A DNA stretch of 64,000 nucleotides, taken from positions 14,890 through 78,889 of IMG/VR virus record IMGVR_UViG_3300028131_000005. One strand, given 5' to 3'. The stretch is from a virus. The translations under genes were made by a program, and so were the position numbers. Below, piece after piece: positions 1-9,710 of this stretch (the stretch's first letter is position 1; each line of letters starts with the position of its first letter). The notes beneath the pieces were generated by a model that was given only the letters and a program-made list of their open reading frames with translations, searched no databases and was not told the origin of the DNA.

Positions 1-630
1 AAATCTTGTATGCGATTTGAATCTAAGTCTAAAAAATTGTCTTATAAAGACCTTATGGAAGAAGACAGAATTGCAGTACTTTTAGCAATTAGAGACCTTA
101 CTTTTCCAGAGCCGGAAAACAAAATCATTGTAAAGGCCGAGAATAGTTATGGTGAATCTAGAGAAGTTGAAGTAGCTACACAAAACTTTACTGCGAATGA
201 AATTCCAGAAGAGATTGAAAAATACTATGACACGGTTTCAAGATGTTTTAGAATTCAAACTCGTTCTTCTGGTGAAATTCTAATGAGACCCCCATCTATT
301 GGAGTTATGGAAGAAGTTACTAAGTATATTAGAACTCAACAAGAAACTAAGAAAAGATGGGACCAGGCATTTATTCAAATTTTACCTTATATTCAATTAG
401 ACTGGAGAGGTTTCGGTTCAAAAGAAATCTTTAATAGTGAAATTGAATTCCAGGGTTGGAATGAGAAGAAGTACATGGTAGTATATAGATTAGCAGAAAA
501 AATGAGAATCGGTGCTCAACCAGAAATGGAAGTAAACATCGAGGGTGAGGACGTTATGGTCCCTCTCGATTTCCCAGGTGGAGTCAAAGGCCTTTTCATT
601 ATTTCAGATCTCGCTGGAGAACTTCTTTAA
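1..630 (+). CDS. Baseplate hub / tail assembly chaperone (T4 gp26-like), 5' partial
   Basis: Frame is open to the window edge; DRIAVLLAIRDLTF motif resembles gp26-like chaperones; lies upstream of a gp51-like ORF and the tape measure gene. Confidence 0.5.
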   Translation, partial: KSCMRFESKSKKLSYKDLMEEDRIAVLLAIRDLTFPEPENKIIVKAENSYGESREVEVATQNFTANEIPEEIEKYYDTVSRCFRIQTRSSGEILMRPPSIGVMEEVTKYIRTQQETKKRWDQAFIQILPYIQLDWRGFGSKEIFNSEIEFQGWNEKKYMVVYRLAEKMRIGAQPEMEVNIEGEDVMVPLDFPGGVKGLFIISDLAGELL

Positions 631-877
631 GGCTAAATTCTATCTGGGTTTCCATTTGCATCTCCAGCCTAGTGAAATCGATGCTCTTGATTTTTATGAA
701 TATCAGTATTATGTACAAAATCTTACTGAACATCTCAAGAAGCAGAATAAAGAAGAGCAGGAGCAAAACGAACAAATGCAGGAACAGTACAGCACACAAA
801 CTCCTAAGGTCCCCAAAATGAGTGACTATGGAATGAAAATGCCTAAAATGTCTGGTATGAAAATGCCTAAGTTTTAG
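545..877 (+). CDS. Baseplate hub assembly chaperone (gp51-like) or frameshifted extension of the upstream chaperone; true start unclear
   Basis: SLENFFKAKFYL...SEIDALDFYEYQYYV resembles gp51-like proteins; no ATG precedes the conserved part. Confidence 0.5.
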   Translation: MRTLWSLSISQVESKAFSLFQISLENFFKAKFYLGFHLHLQPSEIDALDFYEYQYYVQNLTEHLKKQNKEEQEQNEQMQEQYSTQTPKVPKMSDYGMKMPKMSGMKMPKF

Positions 878-905
878 AGATATATAATAAAAATACTTAA
901 AAACG

Positions 906-3900
906 TTGGCAAAACCATTCGCATCTCCATTCGAGAAATTATCAGGAGATAATCAAAAAGTAATAATTGAACAGCTTTCCCCAGGAGGAGAGCTGTTCAG
1001 TTTATTTGAAGAAATTCTAAAGCAGCTTCAAGGTACTGAAGAGAGAATAGAAAAAGACGAAGCCAAAACTAAAGTAAGTTTATTTGCCGGTTTAACAATG
1101 AAAGAGGCCATTGCCTGGAAACTTCTAGGTGAAAAAGGTCTTCAAGCGGTAGGTAAAGGTCTAGGTGCTATCGCCGAAGTTATAGATGGTATGCAAACTG
1201 GCGGTAAAGAAGCCAAAGAAAAAATGGATGCTATCGCAACCGGTATCGAAGCTGTAATGGGTATAGCCCCTAAAATTCTTAAATTTGCTATTCTTTTAAC
1301 ACTTGCTCTACCTTTCCTTATGGTTGCAATATTGGTAGTTCCACTTGTGGCAGTTCTGATGTTAGGTATTATGTTCGTAATGTCAATACTTAATAAATTA
1401 GCTGAAAATTCAAAAGAAGCCTATAAATCTATGGCTCTTTTAGGAGATGTTGGAGATGCCATTTTTAAATTTGGAGGAATGCTAGCACTTTCATTACTAG
1501 TATATCCATTTGCATTACTCGCATTAGTTGTCGTAATACCAACACTGTTATTAATGTTGGGCGCTCTTACTTTAATAGGGCGTTTAACAGACAAAGAGGC
1601 GTTAGAAAAACTCAATGGTCTAAAAGATCTTGGGATATCAATACTCTTATTTGGTGCTGCTATAGCTCTAAGTGGGCTTGTATATACGTTCGCACTTCAG
1701 GCAATGCCCATTGTTTTAGGTGTAATACTTGGATTTGCATTAGTATTCTTTTTATTAGATAAAATAGGTTTTGTAAAATCAGTGAATAAATCTGGTGAAG
1801 CATTACAAAAGGTAGGTATAGCCATATTAGTATTAGGTGCCGCTTTATTTATTTTTGGACTATTATTTCCACCAACAAAAGAAACTTTTCAAACTTTAGG
1901 ATTTACAATGCTAGTGCTTGTAGGCGTTGCATTTGCGATGTGGCTAGTTGGAAAAATGTATAAAAAAATGAAAAAAGGTGCAATAGGCTTAGCTCTGACT
2001 GGACTTGCCATTGTAGTATTAGCATATGCTATTAAAAAATTCCATAAAGCATTACCTCCAAACCCATGGGAATTCTTTGCTCAATTAGGAGTAGCACTTG
2101 TAGGTTTAGGTGTAATAATGTGGGGTTATGGAAAGAAATGGAAAGAAATAGGATACGGAGCACTAGTACTTGCAGGTACTGGAATAGCACTTGCAGTTAT
2201 GGGATGGGGAGTTAAATCAATGGCAGACGCCTTAAATAGTACTGGAAATCCTTGGATGTTTATGGCTGAACTTGGAGTATTTCTTGTTGGAATGGGAGTT
2301 ATGGCAGCCGGTTGGGGTGCAGCATCTGTATTAATAGGATTAGGAGCCGCAGCAATGGGAGCTACTGGATTAGCATTGAAAGCTGTATCTTTTGGACTTA
2401 AAGGCTTTGTACCTATATTTGCAGGAAAAGAATGGAAAGCAATGGTAGGTACTCACCATCAATCTAAAGGTATTTTGGGGATGGGTGCAGGACCAGTATC
2501 TAATTTTCAAACTTTAATGGAAGCAATTGGTTATGGTTTTGCATGGAACCCGATAAACTCTGCTATGATTTTAGCAGGAGCTGTAGCATTAGGTGCTGTT
2601 GGTTTAGCATTGTCACCAATAGCAAAAGGTATAAAAGCAATGATGCCTGTATTTAAAGGAAACGGTTGGAGAGATATGATTTCCACTAAAGGAAACCCAA
2701 AATCAGGAGGTTTTATGGGAATAGGAGCGTCAGCACAAACAAATATTCAACTTTTAATAAATTCATTAGGAGAAGCATTCAAATTTGGTTTCGGTTCTAT
2801 AAATATTGGAGCTGGAGCTGCAGCAATGATTGTTGTGGGTAATTCTTTAATAAAAATAGGTAAGGGTATTGCCGATTTCATGAAGCACAAAATAGATAAA
2901 AAAGTAGCCAAAAATATTTCTGTTATGGTAGAGTCTATAGCAGGTGCATTTGGTAGAATTGGTAAAAAATACGGAGGTGCTGGTTTCTTTGGTTTAGGAG
3001 CCGGTGCTTTATATGATGGTATTCAATCAACAATGGGAATGGGAGAAGCTTTAACAAGTATCGCAAAAGGTATGAAAGCCGTTTCAGTACTTAGATTCCC
3101 AACTTATGGAGACCCTAATGACCCTGGAAAAATAACTGAGTATATAACAGTTGACAAGGGTGCTATGAATAAAATTTCAGCAAATGTTGCTATGATGGTA
3201 GAAAGTCTAGCAGGCGCATTTGGTAGAGTGGGTAGAATGTTTCCTAATAAACCAAAATCAGGTTTATGGGGTTTCTTAGGAGGAACTGACAACCCTGTAA
3301 AAACAGGTATTCAATCTGTTTCCGGTATGGGTTCTGCACTTGGTGGAATTGCCGAAGGTATGAAATCCTTTTCAACTCTTAAATTTCATAAATATGATGA
3401 CCCTTCAAAACCTGAGAAAATAACAGAGACAATTGATTTAACCAAAGGAGATGTACTTAAAAAAGTAACTGACAATATAGTTATGATGGTTGTTTCTTTA
3501 GCAGGAGGTTTTGCAACAATAGGTAGAAGATATCCAAAGAAAAAACACAAGGGCTTCTTTGGTACAACTTATACGACTACAGGTCCGGTAGGTGTTGGTA
3601 TCGAGCAATCTTCTGGTATGGGTGGAGTTGTTGCTGGAATTGGTGCGGGCTTAAAAGACTTTTCAACACTTAAATTCCCAGTATATGAAGGAACTAAAAT
3701 CAAAGAATATATTGATTTAACAAAAGGAAATGTTCTTAAGAAAGTAACTGCAAACATCGTAGATATGATTTTATCACTTGCTACTGGTTTTGGTAATGTT
3801 GCTAGAAGATTCCCTAGAAGAAAATATAAAACTTGGTGGGGCGCTACTAGATACGCACCAGATGGAAAAGTTGGTGAAGGTGTTAAGCAAGCATCCGGAA

Positions 3901-5546
3901 TGGGAGGAGTAATATCAGAACTTGGTAAAGGTTTAAAAGACTTTTCAACTCTTAAATTCCCGGAATATAAAGGTAAAAAGTTAGTAGGGTATACTTCTTT
4001 AACCAGTGGAGGTATGCAAAAGGTTACAGATAATATCGTTGACATGATCGTTTCTCTTATGGACGGTTTTGGTAGAATAGGTAAGAAATATCCTTTCAAA
4101 AGAGCGTCTGGTCTCCTAGGAGAAATGGGTATTAATAATACAGGTGATGTAGGTGCTGGTATTGCACAGGGTAAATATTTAGGTAGAGTACTGGGAAATC
4201 TTGCAAGAGGTATTAGCTGGTTTGCCATATTGAAATTCCCTAGATATAAAGGTAAAAGAATTGTAGGTTATGACACAATGACAGGAGATGCTCCTAAGAA
4301 AGTGGCTAAGAATATATTCCAGATGATTTATTATCCAATGGATGCATTTGGTAGAATAGGTAAGAAATATCCAATGGGTCCACCAAAAGGACTTTTTGGT
4401 TCACGGCTATCAGGACCAGCTGGTCAAGGTATATCATCAGCAAAATATTTAGGAAGAACTTTAGCAACAATAGCAATGGGATACGCATATATGGCTAAAC
4501 TTAGATTTCCTGAATATGGTGACCCTTCACGTCCAGATAAAATAACAGGTTACAAAACTTTAGCAGGAGATAATTTAAAGAAATTAGGTAAAAACATATA
4601 CATGATGATTTATTACCCAATGGATGCATTTGGTAGAATAGGTAAGAAATATGGCGGAGATGACACAATGTTTGGCTTCAAAGTTGGACCTCCTAAAAGT
4701 GATGTTTCGAAAGGTATGAATCTTGCAAAAGGTTTACCAATGGCTTTAGCTTATGTATTTGCTGGAATAAAAGGAATAGTAAAGGACCCTTCTGTAGTTA
4801 AACTTGGTAGTATTGCAGCACGTACTATGAAAGAGATGGCACATGCTCTTTTAGGTTTTGATAAAGTAGGTTCATTTAAAATAATGTTTTTAGGAAAAGC
4901 AGTACGCTTCTTTTTAAAATCTTGGCAAGATGGTGTCAAAGGTTTAGGAGCTCTTTTAAAATTCCAAAGATTAGGAAGAACTGCACATGCATTCCAAAGA
5001 ATGGCAGACGCATATACTCAAATAGGTGAAGTAGGGCCATTTGCCCACATGGGAATTAATAAAATGATAAAAATAGCACATGCTGCTAAATTAACAGAAA
5101 CTGCAAAAAGTTTTAGATCGATCGCAATATCTTATGGTAAAATACAGGAGACTTCTCAAAGAATGAATTTAGAAGCCCTTGAAAAATCAACAGAAATGTT
5201 TAAAGCACTTGCATATCTTACTGAAAATGGAGGAGAAGATGCAATGGCTACGCTTGGTGATAGTTTAATTGAAGCAGTTAAAGAACTTGCATCTATGATA
5301 GCCAATTTTGAACAAACTGTAGAAGATGCTAAAGAATCAAACCAAGAGTTAGGTACTCAAATTGAAAAATCAAGCACTGCTATGACAGAGATGCCAGCAT
5401 GGATGGCTAACCAACCAACACCTATTGGAGAACCAGAACCTCAACCAGCTCCGGCTGTAACACCTGCAGGAGGAAACATGCAAGAATTAATAGATATATT
5501 GACAAGTGGAGAAGCTATTATAAGAGTAAAAGAACCCATGGGTTAA
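906..5546 (+). CDS. Tape-measure-like tail protein (1546 aa)
   Basis: Long Ala/Gly-rich helical protein with many hydrophobic segments and seven ~93-aa repeats; follows tail chaperones; TTG start. Confidence 0.65.
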   Translation: MAKPFASPFEKLSGDNQKVIIEQLSPGGELFSLFEEILKQLQGTEERIEKDEAKTKVSLFAGLTMKEAIAWKLLGEKGLQAVGKGLGAIAEVIDGMQTGGKEAKEKMDAIATGIEAVMGIAPKILKFAILLTLALPFLMVAILVVPLVAVLMLGIMFVMSILNKLAENSKEAYKSMALLGDVGDAIFKFGGMLALSLLVYPFALLALVVVIPTLLLMLGALTLIGRLTDKEALEKLNGLKDLGISILLFGAAIALSGLVYTFALQAMPIVLGVILGFALVFFLLDKIGFVKSVNKSGEALQKVGIAILVLGAALFIFGLLFPPTKETFQTLGFTMLVLVGVAFAMWLVGKMYKKMKKGAIGLALTGLAIVVLAYAIKKFHKALPPNPWEFFAQLGVALVGLGVIMWGYGKKWKEIGYGALVLAGTGIALAVMGWGVKSMADALNSTGNPWMFMAELGVFLVGMGVMAAGWGAASVLIGLGAAAMGATGLALKAVSFGLKGFVPIFAGKEWKAMVGTHHQSKGILGMGAGPVSNFQTLMEAIGYGFAWNPINSAMILAGAVALGAVGLALSPIAKGIKAMMPVFKGNGWRDMISTKGNPKSGGFMGIGASAQTNIQLLINSLGEAFKFGFGSINIGAGAAAMIVVGNSLIKIGKGIADFMKHKIDKKVAKNISVMVESIAGAFGRIGKKYGGAGFFGLGAGALYDGIQSTMGMGEALTSIAKGMKAVSVLRFPTYGDPNDPGKITEYITVDKGAMNKISANVAMMVESLAGAFGRVGRMFPNKPKSGLWGFLGGTDNPVKTGIQSVSGMGSALGGIAEGMKSFSTLKFHKYDDPSKPEKITETIDLTKGDVLKKVTDNIVMMVVSLAGGFATIGRRYPKKKHKGFFGTTYTTTGPVGVGIEQSSGMGGVVAGIGAGLKDFSTLKFPVYEGTKIKEYIDLTKGNVLKKVTANIVDMILSLATGFGNVARRFPRRKYKTWWGATRYAPDGKVGEGVKQASGMGGVISELGKGLKDFSTLKFPEYKGKKLVGYTSLTSGGMQKVTDNIVDMIVSLMDGFGRIGKKYPFKRASGLLGEMGINNTGDVGAGIAQGKYLGRVLGNLARGISWFAILKFPRYKGKRIVGYDTMTGDAPKKVAKNIFQMIYYPMDAFGRIGKKYPMGPPKGLFGSRLSGPAGQGISSAKYLGRTLATIAMGYAYMAKLRFPEYGDPSRPDKITGYKTLAGDNLKKLGKNIYMMIYYPMDAFGRIGKKYGGDDTMFGFKVGPPKSDVSKGMNLAKGLPMALAYVFAGIKGIVKDPSVVKLGSIAARTMKEMAHALLGFDKVGSFKIMFLGKAVRFFLKSWQDGVKGLGALLKFQRLGRTAHAFQRMADAYTQIGEVGPFAHMGINKMIKIAHAAKLTETAKSFRSIAISYGKIQETSQRMNLEALEKSTEMFKALAYLTENGGEDAMATLGDSLIEAVKELASMIANFEQTVEDAKESNQELGTQIEKSSTAMTEMPAWMANQPTPIGEPEPQPAPAVTPAGGNMQELIDILTSGEAIIRVKEPMG
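2880..4800 (+). repeat. Seven ~93-aa internal repeats in the tape-measure-like protein (approximate bounds)
   Basis: (A/G)FGRIGKKY-type motif at about 2946, 3216, 3507, 3786, 4065, 4344 and 4626; LKFPxY recurs; near-identical 48-nt stretch at 4323 and 4605. Confidence 0.8.
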
Positions 5547-5592
5547 ACTTTTTTAGAATTTCGCATATAACATATAAATAAAAATAAAAAAT

Positions 5593-5829
5593 ATGTCAAA
5601 ATTATCCGAAACAGTAAAGTACAAATCAAGTACGGTAAAATCATCTCATTATAATTTTAACGATTACACGTTAGAGGTTATGTTTAATACTGGTGCAGTA
5701 TACGAATATAAAATGGTGCCTATCATAAATTATGAATTTTTTAGAGATGGTTTGTCAACTGGAAAGTCATTCAATGAATACATTAAAAATTTAGAAAACA
5801 CTAAAATCTTTCAGGAAGAATGTCTTTAA
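5593..5829 (+). CDS. KTSC domain protein
   Basis: SSTVKSSHY...LEVMFNTGAVYEY..VP...S.GK.FN.YIK pattern. Confidence 0.8.
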   Translation: MSKLSETVKYKSSTVKSSHYNFNDYTLEVMFNTGAVYEYKMVPIINYEFFRDGLSTGKSFNEYIKNLENTKIFQEECL

Positions 5830-6020
5830 TCAGAGAAACTGCATTTTATAACGACAGCAATATTACAGGTTCAGCCTATAATGTATCTAATAAAAAACTA
5901 TCGGTAATATTTAAAGATGGACATATAGATGAAGTTCAGTTAAGCGATAAACAAGAATACGATTTTTTCAAAAAACATGAAAATCAATCAAAGGCATTAG
6001 AATATATAAAGAAAAAATAG
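5820..6020 (+). CDS. KTSC-like protein (divergent paralog)
   Basis: SNITGSAYNVSNKKLSVIFKDG pattern. Confidence 0.5.
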   Translation: MSLIRETAFYNDSNITGSAYNVSNKKLSVIFKDGHIDEVQLSDKQEYDFFKKHENQSKALEYIKKK

Positions 6021-6024
6021 TAAA

Positions 6025-6156
6025 ATGGCAAGATTAACTTCATCAAACGAAAAAGTACAAAAAACAAAAAGACCAGGAGTGCATTCTAAAAACAACACAT
6101 CTAGGTCTAAAGAATCTAAAAACTATAAAAAGAAGTACAGAGGACAGGGCAAATAA
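6025..6156 (+). CDS. Small basic protein (43 aa) ending KKYRGQGK
   Basis: Read manually: MARLTSSNEKVQKTKRPGVHSKNNTSRSKESKNYKKKYRGQGK; fills the intergenic gap. Confidence 0.6.
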   Translation: MARLTSSNEKVQKTKRPGVHSKNNTSRSKESKNYKKKYRGQGK

Positions 6157-6285
6157 CCCGGTTACATGGACTTACCTACTAAAATGGCCACATTAACAGC
6201 AGTTCTTGCATTTTTCGTAATAGGCTTTGCCTTAAACCACATTGACAAAAAGTGGCCAAATAAATAAAACTTTTTTAAAAAAAAG

Positions 6286-6335
6286 TCACTCCGAATTTTT
6301 TTATGTCGTTTATTATTGTTATATTTATACTATAA
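6286..6335 (+). promoter_or_regulatory. Class I (putative early) promoter motif
   Basis: Copy of the 8-fold ~50-bp motif CACTCCAGATTTTTTTATGTCGTTT-N-TTATATTTATACTATAA. Confidence 0.7.
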
Positions 6336-6357
6336 TTAATTAATCAAAACAATAACA

Positions 6358-6645
6358 ATGACAAATTTAGAAAACGTTAAAGATTTCATTAGAACAGCTA
6401 ACCGAAAGGAGCTAAATGAAATTAGAACTATTTTTAACAGAGCAGTAACTCTTGTTCAGGAAGAAGAAAAAAGCCAATTCAAAATTGGAGATAAAGTTAC
6501 AATTGTTCACGAAAGCAGAGACCCAGAAGAGGTTTTTGTAATTGAAAGAATCAATAGAAAAACTATCTCAGTAGTTGAATATTCAACAAACCCTTTTGCA
6601 ACACAAAAATTCAAAGTATCACCTAACCTTTTAAAATCATTATAA
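6358..6645 (+). CDS. Hypothetical protein
   Basis: ORF directly after a class I motif. Confidence 0.6.
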   Translation: MTNLENVKDFIRTANRKELNEIRTIFNRAVTLVQEEEKSQFKIGDKVTIVHESRDPEEVFVIERINRKTISVVEYSTNPFATQKFKVSPNLLKSL

Positions 6646-6646
6646 G

Positions 6647-6853
6647 ATGTCAAAGAAAAAATCATTTCCAATATTTACAATAATATTTCTAATATTTCTA
6701 ACTTTAAAACTGGCTGAAATAGGACAGGTAGCTGCTTGGTCATGGTGGTGGATAACCGCACCCTTATGGCTACCTCTTACAGTAGGATTATTCGTAATAG
6801 GATTAACAATCACAGTAGGCGTAATTATAGCCTACATAAATAGTAAATTATAA
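6647..6853 (+). CDS. Small membrane protein
   Basis: Two hydrophobic segments, WSWWWITAPLWLP motif. Confidence 0.6.
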   Translation: MSKKKSFPIFTIIFLIFLTLKLAEIGQVAAWSWWWITAPLWLPLTVGLFVIGLTITVGVIIAYINSKL

Positions 6854-6873
6854 ACCCTTAAAAACCAAAAATT

Positions 6874-7335
6874 ATGCCATGTTCAGATGCAGGAGCCTAC
6901 GATTATTTAGATGACCACAGGACTCAAAGACAATTAGATGAAAACGAAGCTCTTCGAAAAGAAGTTTTAAGACTTGAAAAACGATTAGAAGAATCTAAAA
7001 CTGAAAAAGAATTAAAGCTTGAAGCAGAACTTCAAACTGCAAAAATAGCAGCTAAAGATTTTGCACAAAGATTAAATAAGACAACAGAGCTTTTATGTAA
7101 TGCAACCTTTATATTATTTGAAGAAGGATATTTACATGTAAAACCAAAACTTCAAGAATGGTTTAACAATCATACCGAAGAAGACGCAAGAAGAATGAAA
7201 ACCGATTTAGATAAAATAATGAAGCGTAAAAACGGTACTATTCAAAGTCTTATTAAATGGTACGAAACCCTAGATGCAAAAGAGCAATGGGTATTTGAAA
7301 CTCATAAAAATTTTAAAGGATATAAATTAAACTAA
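6874..7335 (+). CDS. Hypothetical coiled-coil protein
   Basis: ORF within the tightly packed plus-strand run. Confidence 0.6.
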   Translation: MPCSDAGAYDYLDDHRTQRQLDENEALRKEVLRLEKRLEESKTEKELKLEAELQTAKIAAKDFAQRLNKTTELLCNATFILFEEGYLHVKPKLQEWFNNHTEEDARRMKTDLDKIMKRKNGTIQSLIKWYETLDAKEQWVFETHKNFKGYKLN

Positions 7336-7336
7336 A

Positions 7337-7537
7337 ATGGAAATAACATTAAACAGAAAACACACAATAGACCAGATAGAATGGGTAACAACTGAATTCG
7401 AATGGCCAGAAGTAATGAGAAAGGAATGGGTTTCTTTTTTAAGAAGTAAAAATATCCAAAAATTAAAAGATTTAGAAAGTTTGCCCATGAAAGAATTAAA
7501 CGAAATATATGGAGAAGCATATACATTATTAACATAA
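7337..7537 (+). CDS. Hypothetical protein
   Basis: ORF with A-rich start context. Confidence 0.5.
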   Translation: MEITLNRKHTIDQIEWVTTEFEWPEVMRKEWVSFLRSKNIQKLKDLESLPMKELNEIYGEAYTLLT

Positions 7538-7550
7538 AAATAAAATAAAA

Positions 7551-7745
7551 ATGAAAAACATTTTAAAATACAAATTATTCGCACTAGTACAAATGATCGC
7601 TTTATTCAGTCTTCCAGTAATTATATACGGCCAATGGATCGAACCTTACAGCCTTGAAAACAACATTTGGATAGGAATTAATGGAGCAGTATGGTTACAC
7701 TTTTTAGACCGAGCACGAAATGGTCTACCATCGAAAAAATTTTAG
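7551..7745 (+). CDS. Small membrane protein
   Basis: Hydrophobic segments. Confidence 0.5.
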   Translation: MKNILKYKLFALVQMIALFSLPVIIYGQWIEPYSLENNIWIGINGAVWLHFLDRARNGLPSKKF

Positions 7746-7747
7746 AA

Positions 7748-8086
7748 ATGAGAAAGATACTACAGAAAATAGCATGGAAAACAAATAATTGGACTACTAA
7801 AATAAGTTTATTCAGTATTTATTTAGGTGGAGATAATCAAAAATTTGGATTTCAGATACTTAACATAGATAGAGGATTTATATGGTCAGGCTCTCTATTC
7901 GAAATCACATGGCATTTCCCAACAATTACACATGCTGGAGAACTAACAATCGATATTTTATTTTTATTTAAAAAATGGAATTATTGGTGTATTAATATGG
8001 ACGAAAGAGTTCTATGGGGTTCAGGACTCAGTAGATGGGAGAGAATTAATAGGTATATTCATGATAAATTAAATCAACTAAGATAA
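7748..8086 (+). CDS. Hypothetical protein
   Basis: ATG at 7748 avoids overlap with the upstream gene. Confidence 0.5.
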   Translation: MRKILQKIAWKTNNWTTKISLFSIYLGGDNQKFGFQILNIDRGFIWSGSLFEITWHFPTITHAGELTIDILFLFKKWNYWCINMDERVLWGSGLSRWERINRYIHDKLNQLR

Positions 8087-8103
8087 AAAAAAGTGAAAAT
8101 AAA

Positions 8104-8153
8104 TCACTCCAGATTTTTTTATGTCGTTTATAATGATTATATTTATACTATAA
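8104..8153 (+). promoter_or_regulatory. Class I promoter motif (upstream of ligase)
   Basis: TCACTCCAGATTTTTTTATGTCGTTTATAATGATTATATTTATACTATAA. Confidence 0.7.
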
Positions 8154-8186
8154 CAAATTAATAATAACCTTTAAAACCTTTAAAAT

Positions 8187-9497
8187 ATGCTAGATAGATT
8201 ACAGCAATTCGTAGAGAGAAGTAACTCAACAAACTCAAACACTGATAAATTAAATGTCTTAAGAGACTATATATCAGACCAGGAGGTCCTTCAAGCCCTT
8301 AGGTATGTATATTCTCCATTTAAACAGTATTATGTTACTTCAAAAAATCTTAAAAAGAGAAGTGATCTGGTTAGCCCCATAGGAAATCAATTCGGTACTA
8401 TATTTACCCTATTAGATACTTTAAATGATCGAGTTATTACTGGACATGATGCAATTGCAGCAGTAAACAGATTCATTCTCGAGAACAGACAATATGAAGA
8501 CCTTATTTATAACATCTTCGACCGGAATCTTAAGACCCGTTCTACAACTTCAATGATTAACAAAGTTGTACCAGGTTTGGTTCCAACATTCGATGTAGCA
8601 TTAGCCGCAACCTATGATGAGAAAACCAAAAAGAAAGTCAATCTTGATTCTGATGAATGGTACCTTTCTAGAAAATTGGACGGAGTCAGATGTTTAGCAT
8701 TCTTCGATAATTTCGGAACTGTTACTTTCAAAAGTAGAAGTGGCAAACCATTTGAAACACTTGGAAATGTAGCCAAAGAACTTGAAAAACTGAAACTCTA
8801 CAACACCGTGATGGATGGAGAGATTTGCATCGTTGATGAAAATGGTGATGAAGATTTTCAATCAATCATCAAAGAAATCAAAAGAAAAGACCACACCATC
8901 GAAAACCCATTATTTCAAATTTTCGATATGATATCTTTAGAAGACTTTGAGAATAAGACTTCTAGGGAAAAATTAAGTGAGAGACTTGATAATCTTTGGC
9001 TCGTAATGGAAAGACTAGAAGACGCACTAATATACAACAGAGTACTTGAACAAGACCTCTTAACCAGTTGGGATATGTTTGAGTCTAAGATGGACCTTGC
9101 CGTTCAAAGCGGTTGGGAAGGTCTAATGCTACGAAAAGACGATAAGTACCAAGGAAAACGCAGTACTGATATCTTAAAGGTAAAGAAATTCTATGATGAA
9201 GAATATATCGTCGTAGACGTAGAGAACTCCCCCAATCGTGTAATTGTCGATGGACTTGAAGTGGAAGAGATGATGCTAAAGAACGTCATCATAGAACACA
9301 AAGGAAATAGAGTACAGGTTGGAAGTGGTTTCACAATCGATGAGAGAAGAAACTATTTTGAAAATCCTAATAAAATTTTAGGTAAGACCATAACTGTTCA
9401 GTACTTTGAAGAGACTACAAATCAAAATGGCACCCATTCATTGAGGTTCCCAGTGATTAAAGCAGTCTACCAAAACGGAAGAGTTGATTACGTATAA
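8187..9497 (+). CDS. lig: ATP-dependent DNA ligase
   Basis: KLDGVR adenylation motif, DGEI, EGLMLR, LKVKKF, OB-fold VGSGF and LRFP. Confidence 0.93.
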   Translation: MLDRLQQFVERSNSTNSNTDKLNVLRDYISDQEVLQALRYVYSPFKQYYVTSKNLKKRSDLVSPIGNQFGTIFTLLDTLNDRVITGHDAIAAVNRFILENRQYEDLIYNIFDRNLKTRSTTSMINKVVPGLVPTFDVALAATYDEKTKKKVNLDSDEWYLSRKLDGVRCLAFFDNFGTVTFKSRSGKPFETLGNVAKELEKLKLYNTVMDGEICIVDENGDEDFQSIIKEIKRKDHTIENPLFQIFDMISLEDFENKTSREKLSERLDNLWLVMERLEDALIYNRVLEQDLLTSWDMFESKMDLAVQSGWEGLMLRKDDKYQGKRSTDILKVKKFYDEEYIVVDVENSPNRVIVDGLEVEEMMLKNVIIEHKGNRVQVGSGFTIDERRNYFENPNKILGKTITVQYFEETTNQNGTHSLRFPVIKAVYQNGRVDYV

Positions 9498-9510
9498 ACC
9501 AAAAACAAAG

Positions 9511-9597
9511 ATGATTAGAATAATATTTATAATAGGAGTGGTAATTTTGGGAGTAACCTTTATTTACGCTTTAAAAGACTTTAACGATTCTCTATAA
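9511..9597 (+). CDS. 28-aa single-TM micro-protein
   Basis: MIRIIFIIGVVILGVTFIYALKDFNDSL; tandem paralog follows. Confidence 0.55.
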   Translation: MIRIIFIIGVVILGVTFIYALKDFNDSL

Positions 9598-9613
9598 ACC
9601 AAAAACAAAGAAA

Positions 9614-9700
9614 ATGATGACAACAATATTTATAATATTAGTGGTATTAATGGGAATAGCCCTTATTGCCGGTATATATGACAACGATTCACTAAAATAA
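9614..9700 (+). CDS. 28-aa single-TM micro-protein (paralog)
   Basis: MMTTIFIILVVLMGIALIAGIYDNDSLK; same upstream TAAACCAAAAACAAAG. Confidence 0.55.
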   Translation: MMTTIFIILVVLMGIALIAGIYDNDSLK

Positions 9701-9710
9701 AACAAAGAAT

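Noticed and set aside
3569-4228. 219-aa minus-strand ORF and the other antisense ORFs inside long genes (e.g. 37980-38447, 51327-51731, 56601-56948)
   Set aside because: Fully antisense to convincing plus-strand genes, with no motifs; explained by codon bias.
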